Of a stretch of 64,000 nt of DNA, positions 17,995 through 29,600 are shown in pieces; position 1 is the first letter of the stretch, and each line of letters starts with the position of its first letter. The translations under genes and the position numbers were made by a program. The stretch lies in IMG/VR virus record IMGVR_UViG_3300020442_000005, positions 62,001-126,000 of that record, one strand, 5' to 3'. The notes under the pieces were generated by a model. That model was given only the letters and a program-made list of their open reading frames with translations, searched no databases and had not been told where the DNA came from.

Positions 17995-20900
17995 ATGAGT
18001 AATGAATCTTTATTTTCATCAAACAACATTATTTTCAATGTTAAACCTAGTACGATTGTCAACAAATCTTTGACAAAAGACGACCTGCAAGATTATAATG
18101 ATGATACAAATAAAAGCTGGAGCACGCTGCCTCTTTCGAATGGGTTATACAGTACCCAGCAGTTAAATGTTGACTGGACCGATTTCTCTCAGCACACCTT
18201 TTTTCATTCCGCGGAAGTTAAGGTTAATGCTGCATATGAAAGAATAATTAACCAATATCCTTATGATGGCAGTCAAGAAGAAAAACAGGTATTCTTTGAT
18301 AATCTAAATGGCTTTGAGTCATACGTGTATGACATTTTTCCGAAATACAGAGGCTATTTAAATTTCAACAAAAGCATTAAAATAGTTACAAAAGATTCTC
18401 AGGGTTATCTTTACCCAACATTGGCACGAAAAAAATCTTTACAAAGCGTCGTTGGTAGTGGAGTAGAAAAAAGCGGATATACTTTGGAATTTTTTATAGC
18501 GCCACCAGACGATGCTACCAATCATGGTCGACAAACATTGTTTCAGAAAATTTCTGATGACCATACAACAGGTATCAGCGTCTTTATTTCTTCTTCGTTG
18601 TCGACTGATTCAAGCGTTATGCTACATTCAATATTTTCATCCGGCTCTGGAGATGCAACAGCCGAAAGAGAAACGTATGTCTTGCACGTATCGGCTTCGA
18701 TTCCAAAAGGTGAATTTAGTCATATTGGTATCGTGTATGACAAGTCAGATACTAACGGAATGTTCATCACGCGAAACGGCGTTGTCGAAGACACCGAGTC
18801 AAGTACGCTGAATTTTGACAAAATCGATTTCTTAAGAAACGATATTACAATAGGAACCGGCTCTAGTCACGTGGGGTCGATAGTATCGAGTGCTGTCCCG
18901 GCAAACGGATATACTTTCGAATCAGACGAACAATTGACTGGCTCTTTGGATGAAATAAGATTTTGGACTTATGCCAAAACAGCAACTGATATATCTTCAA
19001 GTATCAATACAAACGCAACTAAAACAGATGGATTAGCGTTATATTATAAGTTTAATGAACCCACCGGATCATATGCAAATTCCGCACTAGTACTAGATTC
19101 GTCCGGTAACGGTCTGCATGCGAATATAACAAACTACATAGCAAAATCTCGAATTGTAGAAACTGCTTTGCCAATAAAGTATGAGGCCTCAAAAGATAAC
19201 CCGGTGCTGTTCCCGGATTATCCAACACTAACTAGTGAAAACATTAGACTGTTAAATTCTGCAAGTAACTACGATATAATCAACCCAAATTACATTATTA
19301 AGCTTATTCCATCACACTATTTAGACAATGATTTGATTCAGCCTGTTAACCCGACGTTATTACCGGCATACACTTCGTCTATTGCAGTGCCTGGTGGCGG
19401 TAAAATGCCTTCAAATCAGGTCATTGCACATTTCTTATATTTGTGGGCAACGTTTTTTGACGACGTCAAACTATACATTGATTCGTTTTCGGACATTAAT
19501 GCGCTTAACTATTTAGATAACAATGGTATACCACAGCAAGCATTAGAGATGGTTGCCAAGCAGTATGGATATAGTTTGCCAAACATATTTTCAACAGCTA
19601 GTCCAGATCAGTACAACTCTGGAAGACGTCTAAACGACGATATTAAAAATTCAGAAAGGTCACTTAAGAGTATACTTGCTTCAATATGGCGCAGAGTCAC
19701 GGCTGAGCTACCTCATATTTCTCGGGCGAAAGGTACATTAGCGTCAATCCGGATGATGCTAAATTCTTTTGGTATCGATGCCGATTCAAACTTTAGAATT
19801 AGAGAATATGGTACTCACCCTGGATTTCCAAAAGCGTTAAGCGTACGAAAATCTAAATCAAAAAACACACTGGCAATTAATTTCAACACGTCGTCAATGT
19901 ATATGCACAGTAGCAATCTACAAGCTCATCGCTGGGAACCTGGTGCACCGGCTGCGCATTTTGACTTACCGGTCTTTGATCCGCTCAATGAAAAATGGAC
20001 GACAAATACCAAATTAATTAATTTAACGTCTGGATCTTGGACTTTTGAATCACATTACTCTCTTCCGGAAAACAGCACTTATGCAACACAGTCATTGGCT
20101 CGGCTTGATATGTCAGCTTCAGATGGTACTGTTAGCCCATTTGTGAACTGCCTTGTATATTCCGGAACTCATCATGCTCCTGAAGACTACAAGGTTCGAT
20201 TGGTTGTGGCAGCTAGCGGTTCTGCGGCCGACAGTGATATTGACTTGACGATTCCGAACGTAAACATGTTCGATGGCAACAGATGGTATGTGAACTTTTC
20301 TCGAGAAAATTTTGGAAGCAGATCGAAAATGCATCTACGAGTCTTAAGTGCAAACGGCTCTAGGGTATACTCCAATTATGCCACCTCTAGCTTCTTTGCG
20401 AACAGCACAAACCATCCTTTTGATGGTTATATAGAAACTACAATGCCGACAAGTGCCCCTATAACAGACCGACCAACTGACGACATTCCATTTATAAGCA
20501 TTGGTAAAACTAGTTATAGTTCGAAGCATTTAAATAACTCGACAAATGCAAATCTGGGATATAGCAATACGCATTTTTCTGGATCAGTTTACAATATTCG
20601 TTTCTGGTCGAAGCATTTAGACGCAAAAGAAACATCTGATCATGCGTTGAATCCATTTTCTTTTGGATCAGATAACCCGATAATAAACTCCCAGTTTGTA
20701 CATCCAGAGTACAAAGGCCTAGGTGTTACCGCGTCTTATGACGGTACTAGCTATTTTGCTCCAACTATTTACAATTCTTCTTCAAAAATGATACATGTTA
20801 ATAGTGGATCCTGGCAGAGATTGCGACTGTTAGTTGAAAATTTAGACACTTCTGCAACCGGAAGTGATGCTTCTGGTAAAATGACTATTCATGATACGTC

Positions 20901-21540
20901 CCAAAACGCCTATAACTTTTTCATCCGGGACGCAGCACCTTCTGCCGATTTATTGACTTTCAAGTCAATTGACTATAGCACCTTCGACCCAAATTGGGAT
21001 AGTGCCTCGGTAAGCAATAAAGTTCGCGTAAGATCATTTCTAGATGAAGATCTAGCAGAAGCTTCAGGTGTTACTCATGGATCTCAATCAACATTAGACC
21101 CTGCAGAGCGTGTACCAGACGATAAGAGATTTAGTATTGAAGCCAGTATATCTCAGGCACTTAACAATGATGTTGCAAATAAAATATCCGATATATTCTT
21201 TATAAGCAATGCAATCGGCGCGCCGGAAATGCAGTATTCTCTGCGTTATCCGGATTTAGATAGATTAGCGGATAAATATTTTAATCGGCTTGAGGATAAG
21301 GTTGACTTTAAAAATTATTTTGATTTTTTCAAATGGTTTGACACAAATTTTTCTGGTATGATCGAGCAAATGATACCAACGACTACTGAGTTCTTGGGTG
21401 TTAATTTCGTTATTGAATCTCATATGTTAGAAAGAAATAAAATAGAATACAAACAGGCAGATGTGCACATTGATCTAAGTCGACGACTCGCAGCCAAAAT
21501 TCAGACTATTTCAGCAACAAATGTTCAAAGTCAAAACTGA
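17995..21540 (+). CDS. Baseplate wedge protein (gp7/gpI-like) with two LamG/concanavalin-like domains
   Basis: LPHISRAKGTLASIRMMLNSFGI resembles the gpI/gp7 KGT motif. LamG signatures YTLEFFI...SHIGIVYD...GSLDEIRFW and FSGSVYNIRFW. Confidence 0.65.
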   Translation: MSNESLFSSNNIIFNVKPSTIVNKSLTKDDLQDYNDDTNKSWSTLPLSNGLYSTQQLNVDWTDFSQHTFFHSAEVKVNAAYERIINQYPYDGSQEEKQVFFDNLNGFESYVYDIFPKYRGYLNFNKSIKIVTKDSQGYLYPTLARKKSLQSVVGSGVEKSGYTLEFFIAPPDDATNHGRQTLFQKISDDHTTGISVFISSSLSTDSSVMLHSIFSSGSGDATAERETYVLHVSASIPKGEFSHIGIVYDKSDTNGMFITRNGVVEDTESSTLNFDKIDFLRNDITIGTGSSHVGSIVSSAVPANGYTFESDEQLTGSLDEIRFWTYAKTATDISSSINTNATKTDGLALYYKFNEPTGSYANSALVLDSSGNGLHANITNYIAKSRIVETALPIKYEASKDNPVLFPDYPTLTSENIRLLNSASNYDIINPNYIIKLIPSHYLDNDLIQPVNPTLLPAYTSSIAVPGGGKMPSNQVIAHFLYLWATFFDDVKLYIDSFSDINALNYLDNNGIPQQALEMVAKQYGYSLPNIFSTASPDQYNSGRRLNDDIKNSERSLKSILASIWRRVTAELPHISRAKGTLASIRMMLNSFGIDADSNFRIREYGTHPGFPKALSVRKSKSKNTLAINFNTSSMYMHSSNLQAHRWEPGAPAAHFDLPVFDPLNEKWTTNTKLINLTSGSWTFESHYSLPENSTYATQSLARLDMSASDGTVSPFVNCLVYSGTHHAPEDYKVRLVVAASGSAADSDIDLTIPNVNMFDGNRWYVNFSRENFGSRSKMHLRVLSANGSRVYSNYATSSFFANSTNHPFDGYIETTMPTSAPITDRPTDDIPFISIGKTSYSSKHLNNSTNANLGYSNTHFSGSVYNIRFWSKHLDAKETSDHALNPFSFGSDNPIINSQFVHPEYKGLGVTASYDGTSYFAPTIYNSSSKMIHVNSGSWQRLRLLVENLDTSATGSDASGKMTIHDTSQNAYNFFIRDAAPSADLLTFKSIDYSTFDPNWDSASVSNKVRVRSFLDEDLAEASGVTHGSQSTLDPAERVPDDKRFSIEASISQALNNDVANKISDIFFISNAIGAPEMQYSLRYPDLDRLADKYFNRLEDKVDFKNYFDFFKWFDTNFSGMIEQMIPTTTEFLGVNFVIESHMLERNKIEYKQADVHIDLSRRLAAKIQTISATNVQSQN

Positions 21541-21550
21541 GGAATAAGAT

Positions 21551-22744
21551 ATGGCAGGTAATACATTTTACACAAGAAACGCTAGCAAAGCCTCAAAAGC
21601 ATCAAACTCTCATCGCTCCCAGGCGGATAGAAATAATTTGCCCGGGCTGTCGTATACTCAGGGACACTCAATAAGAGATATATTTGTGCCTCGAGGACTT
21701 ATGCCAGTCATAGGTCGTAATGGCTACAAAACAATATATAACGAGCGTATTAATGATGGTACGGCTAGCAATAGAACCATTTACAACACTCAAGATCCTC
21801 GTAGCAACAATTATTTTGTCGACTCGGACGCGGTTTATAAATCCTCTTTTTATATTTCTAGAAACGAAATTGTCGATATTACAGTAGAGAATTATGAAGA
21901 TTATATCGTTGGAATTATCTTTCCAAGCGGCGACGTTGATTTATTATCAAGTTTAGATGGCAACGTAATATCAGATCTGGTCACCCATCTAGTCACAAAT
22001 GATAAAAATTTTTATGAAAAAATATCAGTCCCGGAAAGTCTAAGATTTTACACCGGTTTTCGTGGCTACGGTAATTTTTATTTTAAATTTATCTCTGGCG
22101 GCAATGAATCAACCGTTGTTTTTCCGAACGGTGGGATAACACAGGTACCAAACTTTGGTATTCTTACAGAGGTTTATGGCGATAATGGAGACTTTCAAAA
22201 GAGTACTCCTTATACAGATCTAAGAAAATTTAATGCAATAGAGTGGGTACAGGAATCTGGTCCACCTGGAATGTATCCAGATGTTACGCCTAGCCCATCG
22301 TATACTGGTGTTTTATTTAACGGAATCATCGAACCGTTTAAAATAAGAACAGAGATTTATGATCTAGACACGTTTGCAAAAACGGATGAAAAGAAACCAA
22401 ACAGCGTCAGCGGGATATTGATGAATAACATCACACATACTTCAGTTCTTAGCGAAACCCTAAATGCGGGATCATCGCACTATGAAGATATTGGTAATTC
22501 AAATACCGGTACCGCATTATTGGAACCGCAATATATAACTCCAGAAAGCTTCCATCAGGATCCTTTTCTAGAAAAAGACCCGTTCGGCAATAAATATCTA
22601 GATGAAGAGATGCTAGACATATTTTCCGGAGCGTTTTTGGACACAGGCCTAGTTTCTGATGGAATCATATCGCAAGCCACTGGTTTTATTACGGAAAACT
22701 ATGGTAGAAGCAGTTCAATTAATTATAGAGGGCGATTAAGGTAA
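21551..22744 (+). CDS. Hypothetical virion protein
   Basis: 397-aa ORF with SD, inside the structural operon. Confidence 0.55.
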   Translation: MAGNTFYTRNASKASKASNSHRSQADRNNLPGLSYTQGHSIRDIFVPRGLMPVIGRNGYKTIYNERINDGTASNRTIYNTQDPRSNNYFVDSDAVYKSSFYISRNEIVDITVENYEDYIVGIIFPSGDVDLLSSLDGNVISDLVTHLVTNDKNFYEKISVPESLRFYTGFRGYGNFYFKFISGGNESTVVFPNGGITQVPNFGILTEVYGDNGDFQKSTPYTDLRKFNAIEWVQESGPPGMYPDVTPSPSYTGVLFNGIIEPFKIRTEIYDLDTFAKTDEKKPNSVSGILMNNITHTSVLSETLNAGSSHYEDIGNSNTGTALLEPQYITPESFHQDPFLEKDPFGNKYLDEEMLDIFSGAFLDTGLVSDGIISQATGFITENYGRSSSINYRGRLR

Positions 22745-25700
22745 TGGGTGTTTATTCAAGAAAATTACAGAAATATAACCTGTTGAAAGACTTTAGGGTA
22801 AGCAATGGCACAACCTGGAAATTGTCTAGAAGCCTGGTATTTTGGTTAAGAGCAAACAGTTCTACAAATCTTTTGGTTGATCAGTCTAACAATTTATCTC
22901 CCATAGCTTCGACAGGAACCGGCCATTTAGATACAACGAAAGGCCCTTTGGCAAGATTTAATTTTAACGGTTTAAACTTCAATACTAAGTACATTACGGT
23001 CTCTAATGGCGAAGCTGAAGATGTGACTAATGAAAAATCAATTGTCTTTTCAGGATGGATATACCTAAATGTATCACCAGGATTAAACAATCAAGGATTT
23101 AGTATACTTCAGACGGATGCCGTAAATGGATTCAATATATTTGTAGATGACCAAGGTCGACTTGGAATTAGGCTCACAAATTACAGTGACTCAACTCATG
23201 ACGGCGGAGGTTCAGCTCTTGCATCTTCAACGATCAAGACTGACATGGGTGTTGTCTTTGAAAGAAAATGGGTACATTTTGCCATAGCGATTGATAAAAG
23301 CGTAGCCACCCAAACTATTTTTGCTGCCAACGCTACAAAACCAAGAATATTTATTAATGGCCACGAAGAGGGTACAACCCATACGGACGTTGGAAGTCCA
23401 TCATTGCTTGATCCAAAAACCGCTGCCGGCAGCTATAGAATTGGTTACGGCCCAGCAAAAGACGAAACAGTTGCAAAAATATATTTGAACGGTGCATTAG
23501 CAGACTTGGCATTGTTTCAGCCAGATGTTGATTTAACGGACGCCCAACTTGCATCACTTTATTACGCCGCACTCAACGGTGCATATCTTTTGGGCAGTGG
23601 ATTTATTTCAACTAGTCCATTCAATGTTTTAAATGATGCAATGCATAGGGACACACATCCAACCGTTGCTAGACATTCAAACGACCGCCGGCAAGGAAAT
23701 CACAATATTCATTTTGATGACTCTAGAGCGATTCATCTTACGAACAGTGCTGCTACTTCTTTCCCAACGATGCTCAGTGAAGAGAATCCACTTTTTAACA
23801 CTGTGTACAACGGAATAGAAAACGGCCAACTAACATCAACGGCAGTCTCAGCTTCATTTGGTATCTTCGACGAATACTATGAAGAAAACAACGCTGTAAC
23901 AATTGAGCCTTTTATTGAATCAAAAATATATTTAAATTCAGGCAGCTCATATTACAGCACTGGAACTTTAGAGTCTGAAATACCTGGATTTAATCAGCCT
24001 TTGCGTAACAAAGAAATAATATCGATAGAGCTGCAAAACGAGGCTGATATCATTCTTGGGTCTTATGGAGATTCTGAGATCATCGTAGATAACGGTCAGG
24101 TTAATCAACCTTCCTACATGGCGTACTGGGATAATGGCAATAGTTTATTTCGAAGTCTTCCTGGGAACACCATAACCGTTGTAAATGCTGCCGAGTTTAA
24201 TACTTCTGCACTAAGAGCATCTGGAACTATGAGAAATCATACCGGTTCTTGCATAGGTTTTGCCTCGCCTTTGCAGATTTTATCTGGTACCGGTCAAATA
24301 CCATACAGTTCAGACGATTATTCTGGTATTACAATAACAAAGTTCCCAGAAAATTATTATAAAACATTCGGAAACCCAATTGATTATTATGGTTTTCCGG
24401 ATGATAGAAGATATGAATCACGTGATGGTGAATCGATTAACATGTCGAACTACATCAGTAAGCCTTTCCTGTTAGAGAAAATAGCGTTTGAGTTTAGTGA
24501 GCTAAAAATTAACCCATGTTCCAATCACCAGGCTGGCACTCATGGTACCACCTTCACCATGGGTATCAATATGCCAGTAGGTGGCAGTCCACAGCGTCAT
24601 GCGATATTAGAGGCCACACGTGGAATTGAACTTTTGACATGCTTTTTAATGAGAGAATTTCCGTCGAAGGTTTCGACTTCAACTGAAAGCCAATGGCATG
24701 TGCCCCTCCATTCTATTCGGCCGATATCGACATCTTCTTTTTTCTCCGGAGACACTAATCGCGATTTAGTAACATACTCGCAAGCTCTGTTTTACAACAC
24801 AAGTAACGACAACACGATAAAGAGTTTCTTTGCAAGAAACCTTTCATCGCTGTATCAGGTGACTTCGTCAGCTCCAGGTTTAACTGATTTTAACAATCAA
24901 TCTGGATATGATGATATTGCAAACCTGATACAGGAACTTATGCCCTTTGAGTATAAAGAAAACCTTGGCCAGGAAGCATCAAGTGATGGTTCCTTTGCCC
25001 ATGTTGGAGATGCAGGAGCGGTTACTAGAAACGATTTGGTGATAGAGTCCGTCCCAAAAATTATTAGGCCTACTACATTTGGCGGCCAAATAACTGGCAA
25101 TGCAGCTCATGTAGAAACTACCTCAGCCGGTACGTTGACTTTGTCATACTCTGGCCAGGCTACAAATAAATCCGAAATCGCCACAAACAGAAATTATAGT
25201 ACAGGGTTGGCAGGGCTATCGAACCCAGAGAATGCATTTCTGATTGTTGGTGCCGGTAATGTTGGTGAGCATATCTCAGTAGAAATAAGTGAAAGTGAAG
25301 AGAACACTTCTCCGCAAATATTACTGCCTTCCGATAAACTTATATTTGGCCTGCAGACATTGCCAAGAATTTCTGAAAGGTTTGCAGGAACCAGTGGGGT
25401 TAATATTTTGGCCGGTTCAAGAGTAAAAATAACTTTATTTGGTTCGTATATACGCAATGAAAAAAGATCTTCGAATGGATATGGCCAAAATTTAGGGACG
25501 CACACGGTCCATGAGTCAATTGGCTCTGATGCTGTTAGTGATCAATTTATCACCGCATATATTGGAGAATATTCAGGGTCATTTTCTGATGACGTGATCT
25601 CCGGATCGATAGACCCGACAACCGTCTATGAAGGCCATGATCACGTGACTGGAGAAATAATAAAATTGGCAAGACGTGTTGGCGGCCGTGCAACGCAAGG

Positions 25701-26643
25701 TACGCAGGGAGAAACCGGAGCTCTAAGAATAAATAATCGTCTGGTCGACAATAACGAACGCCAATATGATTCTATAATGCCAGATTTCGCTTTTATAACG
25801 AATATCGATGACGCGCACTTCGGACAGCTGGCCTCAGAAAAACTTGCAACGCTAGGGCTTCTGAAGTTTGGAAATATCTCAGCTGGCGCAAACGCACACT
25901 GGTTTTATTCCTATCCCTTTGAGGGTAGATACGCCGGTGCAGCAAGAACTCACACAATAACTAAGCCGGATGGCTCAACGCAGGCTTCATATAGAATGGA
26001 ATTTGCGGATACTGCAGCCGGAACAAACTTTATTAGTTTTTCAAATACCGGAACTATTCTTACTGGATCTACAGGATTCTCACCAAGAAACACAGTGGAA
26101 TCGTTAGCAGTAAACAACCAAGGAACATTAAATCAGTTTATTGAAGCTGGGGACGTTATACGCGTTCTTTTTGCTGCTGGTGATTTATCACGAGGTAGAT
26201 TTTTTGCAATCGGAGCAGACTCAGACGGTGATCGTGTTGGTGTTAACAGCGCTAACTCAGGTGCTACAATTAATTTTGGTGGATATAAATACGGAGTATC
26301 CAATTCTAGACCAGCGTTTAGCTCAGCAGTCTATAGTAGAAGCGCATACGGACAACTTCGTGATATGCTGGAACCGAGAAAATTTACAGCATATTTTAAG
26401 GATGGAGTAGTGAGCTTTCCAGTTGAGCAGAGATTTTTCACACGAAACAATCAACCTTTAAACGAGTCGCAGAGAATAAACACGACATGTTCAAATTTAT
26501 CGACGAATGCAACATCATCATTGCCATTTTTCGATCGAGAAAATAATGAATCAGCAAGAAACAGAGACGCTGGTTCAACAGTGACTCAAGTAAATATATC
26601 ACCTAATTTTGCACCAGCGCAAGGGCCATTTACAGGTTTATGA
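22744..26643 (+). CDS. Large virion protein with an N-terminal LamG-like domain
   Basis: IVFSGWIY...KWVHFAIAID...RIFING...LNGALADLALF. Ser/Thr/Gly-rich. Confidence 0.6.
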   Translation: MGVYSRKLQKYNLLKDFRVSNGTTWKLSRSLVFWLRANSSTNLLVDQSNNLSPIASTGTGHLDTTKGPLARFNFNGLNFNTKYITVSNGEAEDVTNEKSIVFSGWIYLNVSPGLNNQGFSILQTDAVNGFNIFVDDQGRLGIRLTNYSDSTHDGGGSALASSTIKTDMGVVFERKWVHFAIAIDKSVATQTIFAANATKPRIFINGHEEGTTHTDVGSPSLLDPKTAAGSYRIGYGPAKDETVAKIYLNGALADLALFQPDVDLTDAQLASLYYAALNGAYLLGSGFISTSPFNVLNDAMHRDTHPTVARHSNDRRQGNHNIHFDDSRAIHLTNSAATSFPTMLSEENPLFNTVYNGIENGQLTSTAVSASFGIFDEYYEENNAVTIEPFIESKIYLNSGSSYYSTGTLESEIPGFNQPLRNKEIISIELQNEADIILGSYGDSEIIVDNGQVNQPSYMAYWDNGNSLFRSLPGNTITVVNAAEFNTSALRASGTMRNHTGSCIGFASPLQILSGTGQIPYSSDDYSGITITKFPENYYKTFGNPIDYYGFPDDRRYESRDGESINMSNYISKPFLLEKIAFEFSELKINPCSNHQAGTHGTTFTMGINMPVGGSPQRHAILEATRGIELLTCFLMREFPSKVSTSTESQWHVPLHSIRPISTSSFFSGDTNRDLVTYSQALFYNTSNDNTIKSFFARNLSSLYQVTSSAPGLTDFNNQSGYDDIANLIQELMPFEYKENLGQEASSDGSFAHVGDAGAVTRNDLVIESVPKIIRPTTFGGQITGNAAHVETTSAGTLTLSYSGQATNKSEIATNRNYSTGLAGLSNPENAFLIVGAGNVGEHISVEISESEENTSPQILLPSDKLIFGLQTLPRISERFAGTSGVNILAGSRVKITLFGSYIRNEKRSSNGYGQNLGTHTVHESIGSDAVSDQFITAYIGEYSGSFSDDVISGSIDPTTVYEGHDHVTGEIIKLARRVGGRATQGTQGETGALRINNRLVDNNERQYDSIMPDFAFITNIDDAHFGQLASEKLATLGLLKFGNISAGANAHWFYSYPFEGRYAGAARTHTITKPDGSTQASYRMEFADTAAGTNFISFSNTGTILTGSTGFSPRNTVESLAVNNQGTLNQFIEAGDVIRVLFAAGDLSRGRFFAIGADSDGDRVGVNSANSGATINFGGYKYGVSNSRPAFSSAVYSRSAYGQLRDMLEPRKFTAYFKDGVVSFPVEQRFFTRNNQPLNESQRINTTCSNLSTNATSSLPFFDRENNESARNRDAGSTVTQVNISPNFAPAQGPFTGL

Positions 26644-26650
26644 TAATTAT
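26643..26650 (+). promoter_or_regulatory. Candidate late promoter ATAATTAT
   Basis: Motif copy 21 nt upstream of the giant fibre ATG. Confidence 0.5.
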
Positions 26651-26671
26651 AAGCGTTAACCGGTAGAGTTT

Positions 26672-29600
26672 ATGTCAAGCAATCGAAACAATAGCAAAAA
26701 TAATAACATTGTAGCGCGTAGTAAGCAAGGGACACCAGGCTCTAATATGGTGTGGACAAATGAGGCAGTTTCAGAAGCTGACTTCATGGTATTTCGCGAT
26801 GCTTTAACAAACAAGATAGTAAATGTTGTAGCGCCAAATGGATTGCAGGTTGGTTTATTTGATGAAAATTTCCCCGGTAACCTTACTGCTACCGGACATA
26901 TTACCGGATCGGGACAGATATATGCTCATCATGACGTAACGGCTCGTCTGGGTTTTACCGGCTCTCTTCAAAAACTTTACAACGGTAACGATTTTCTGCA
27001 AGAAGGATCAAACGTTACAATAACAAACAACGCAGATGGTTCAATATCCATAGCTGCTAACGCTTCTTCTACGACGGCAAATGCTTTAACGGCTGGTTCC
27101 GGATTGACGATGGGCGGAAGTACCTTTGACGGTAGCGCAGCGCGAACAATCAAGATCGATATCAATAGTGAATCTTCTGTAGCAGCAGCCACCGGTGATT
27201 TTGTTTTAATACACGATCTTACGGATGGCACGTTAAAAAAGACAACGGTGGGATCAATACAAGGCTCCGGAGCGACGATTGACATTGCTGGTCTTTCAAA
27301 CTCACTCAACGAGACGACGTTAGCCCAGGGCGATTTATTTGCAGTTGCTGATATCGATGCTGCAAACGAAACCAAAAAAATAACCGTGCAAGATTTTAGT
27401 CAATTCCTAGCAGGTGAAACTAACGGTGGTCTAGATGAAACCAGCGGCAAGCTTAAGCTAGACTTGAATGATCTATCAAGCGTAACGCCTGATGTGTCTG
27501 CCGATAGCCTCGCGTTTGTCGATGCTGGTGATAGTAGCACAAAGAAAAGTACGATCGCAACCCTTGTTACCGGCATAGCTGGAACTGTCACAAGCACAGG
27601 TCTAGGATCTTCCGCTGGAACACTTAAGGTTGATATAACAAATCAAACTTCTGTTGGTTCTCTTGCGTCTGGCGATGAGGTACTAATATATGATATTGAT
27701 GCTGCGGCTTTGAAAAAAGCAACAGTTTCAGATTTTTCGGTTGGCGCCGCACCTGTCGACGCCGAGTACGTTGTTTTATCTTCAAATGGCACATTGTCAA
27801 ACGAAGCTGTCTTAACAGCTGGTGATGGCTTAGATCTCACTAGTGCAACTCTCTCACTTGATTTAAAGTCTTCGTCAGGCCTTAAAATAGATTCAACAGA
27901 GTTGGCCATAGAACCGGCTGATTTTGCTGGAACTGGTCTAGAAGACGACGGATCAGATAACCTACGGATATCTACTTCAGCAGCCGGTACCGGTCTAAGT
28001 GGTGGTGGAGGTTCGGCTCTGTCTGTTGATTACGGTTCGAGTGCTGGTACAGCCGTCCAAGGAAACACGACCTTTGCATTTTCTGCTGGACATGGACTTT
28101 CTGGCGGAATAGGATCAACAGCTATAGGAAGCGGAATTTCAGGTAATTTTGACGTTGAGCCGGAAGAGTTTGCAGGATTAGGACTAAACACGTCAGGCAA
28201 CAAAAACAATGTCTATCTACAAGCTGGCGCCAGTATTCTTATCACGACGGGATCAGATGATTCAATTGTGATTTCTGCCACCTCTAGTGGTGGTGGAGCC
28301 GTTGGTACGATAACTCAAGTTACTGCTGGAACTGGACTATCAGGCGGTGGTTCCTCCGGTAACGTTACTCTTGCAATCGACGATTCCGTTGTCGCGACTC
28401 TGACAGGGTCTCAATTCTCAGGGCATATCGGAGTTACTGGATCTATAAGCAACACGACTTTTGTAACATCTTCTCTACTTAGCGCTTTTGCACTATCCGG
28501 ATCTTTAACTAAGCTAGAAAACGGAAATGATTACCTGTTGCCGGGACCTGGGATTACTTTGACAACCGGGAGCGATGGTTCCATAACCATAAACACTAGT
28601 GAGTCAGGTGGTACTATCGGTGACGCAGAGGACGGAACTTATGAAGATGGAATATTTACAGATTTTGTACCCAGCACACCGACCGGTACTGCCATCGATC
28701 GATTCAATGAATTGTTCAAGTTATTAGCTCCGGCTCCCGCCCCGGATCTAGACAATGTTGACGTTGATACAACAGACGGTATTACGGCTTTACTTTCCTT
28801 CGGAGCGAGCAACAACCAATTTTTTGAATCGCCAAGCTATGCATCAAGCAGTGTTGAGGCTGGATTTGCTTCGGTTGACGTGAATGGATCTTATGGACCA
28901 TCAACTTCTGGTGCAAACATAAGAAAGGGCATCTACACCGGAACAACAATTGTAAGCGGCACGCTTAATGAAGACGTAGCAGTTAATCAACACAATTCTG
29001 GCGTAGTTAACCATGTCGCAAATGCGTTTGGTGATGCAAACACAGGTACATTGCAATTATATGTAAACGGTGAGATTGTTCAAAGCGTAGACCTTACTCA
29101 GGCTTCGAGCGGCACTGGCGTCCCGGGTTCTGGTACTGGTACACAGTTGAATAGTAACAGTTCGGGATTTGTTACATTGTCTCAGACCGGTTCAGCGGTA
29201 CAGTCGACTGGCGTGAATTTCGAAACATTTCAGCATCGCACTGGCCAGTTTCAAGTTGGTGTGGCCGATCAAAGAAACGGTTGGAATTATGCAAGGGTTG
29301 TACATGATAAGGGATCCACAAGTGTAACAACCAATTATGTTGAGTGGATTAACGACTCAAACAATGATGCGCTAGCAGCTGCCGGAAATTCAATTGAGTT
29401 TACAGGATCTGGTTCCATTCATTTATCTGGAGTTGAATACTTCCAAAGTGGAACAATAACGTATAAATCGAGGGTAACTAACGCTTATAAATACGTTCAT
29501 GACAACAATGCAATACAGTTTCCAACTGCAGATGCATCCGCATCTGAGTCAGGATTAAGTTTTAGTCTAGCAAACCAATCAAAGCCAACCATTGATACAG

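Noticed and set aside
11890-21540. T6SS or extracellular contractile injection system
   Set aside because: Terminase, portal, prohead protease and primase in the same window show a genuine phage.
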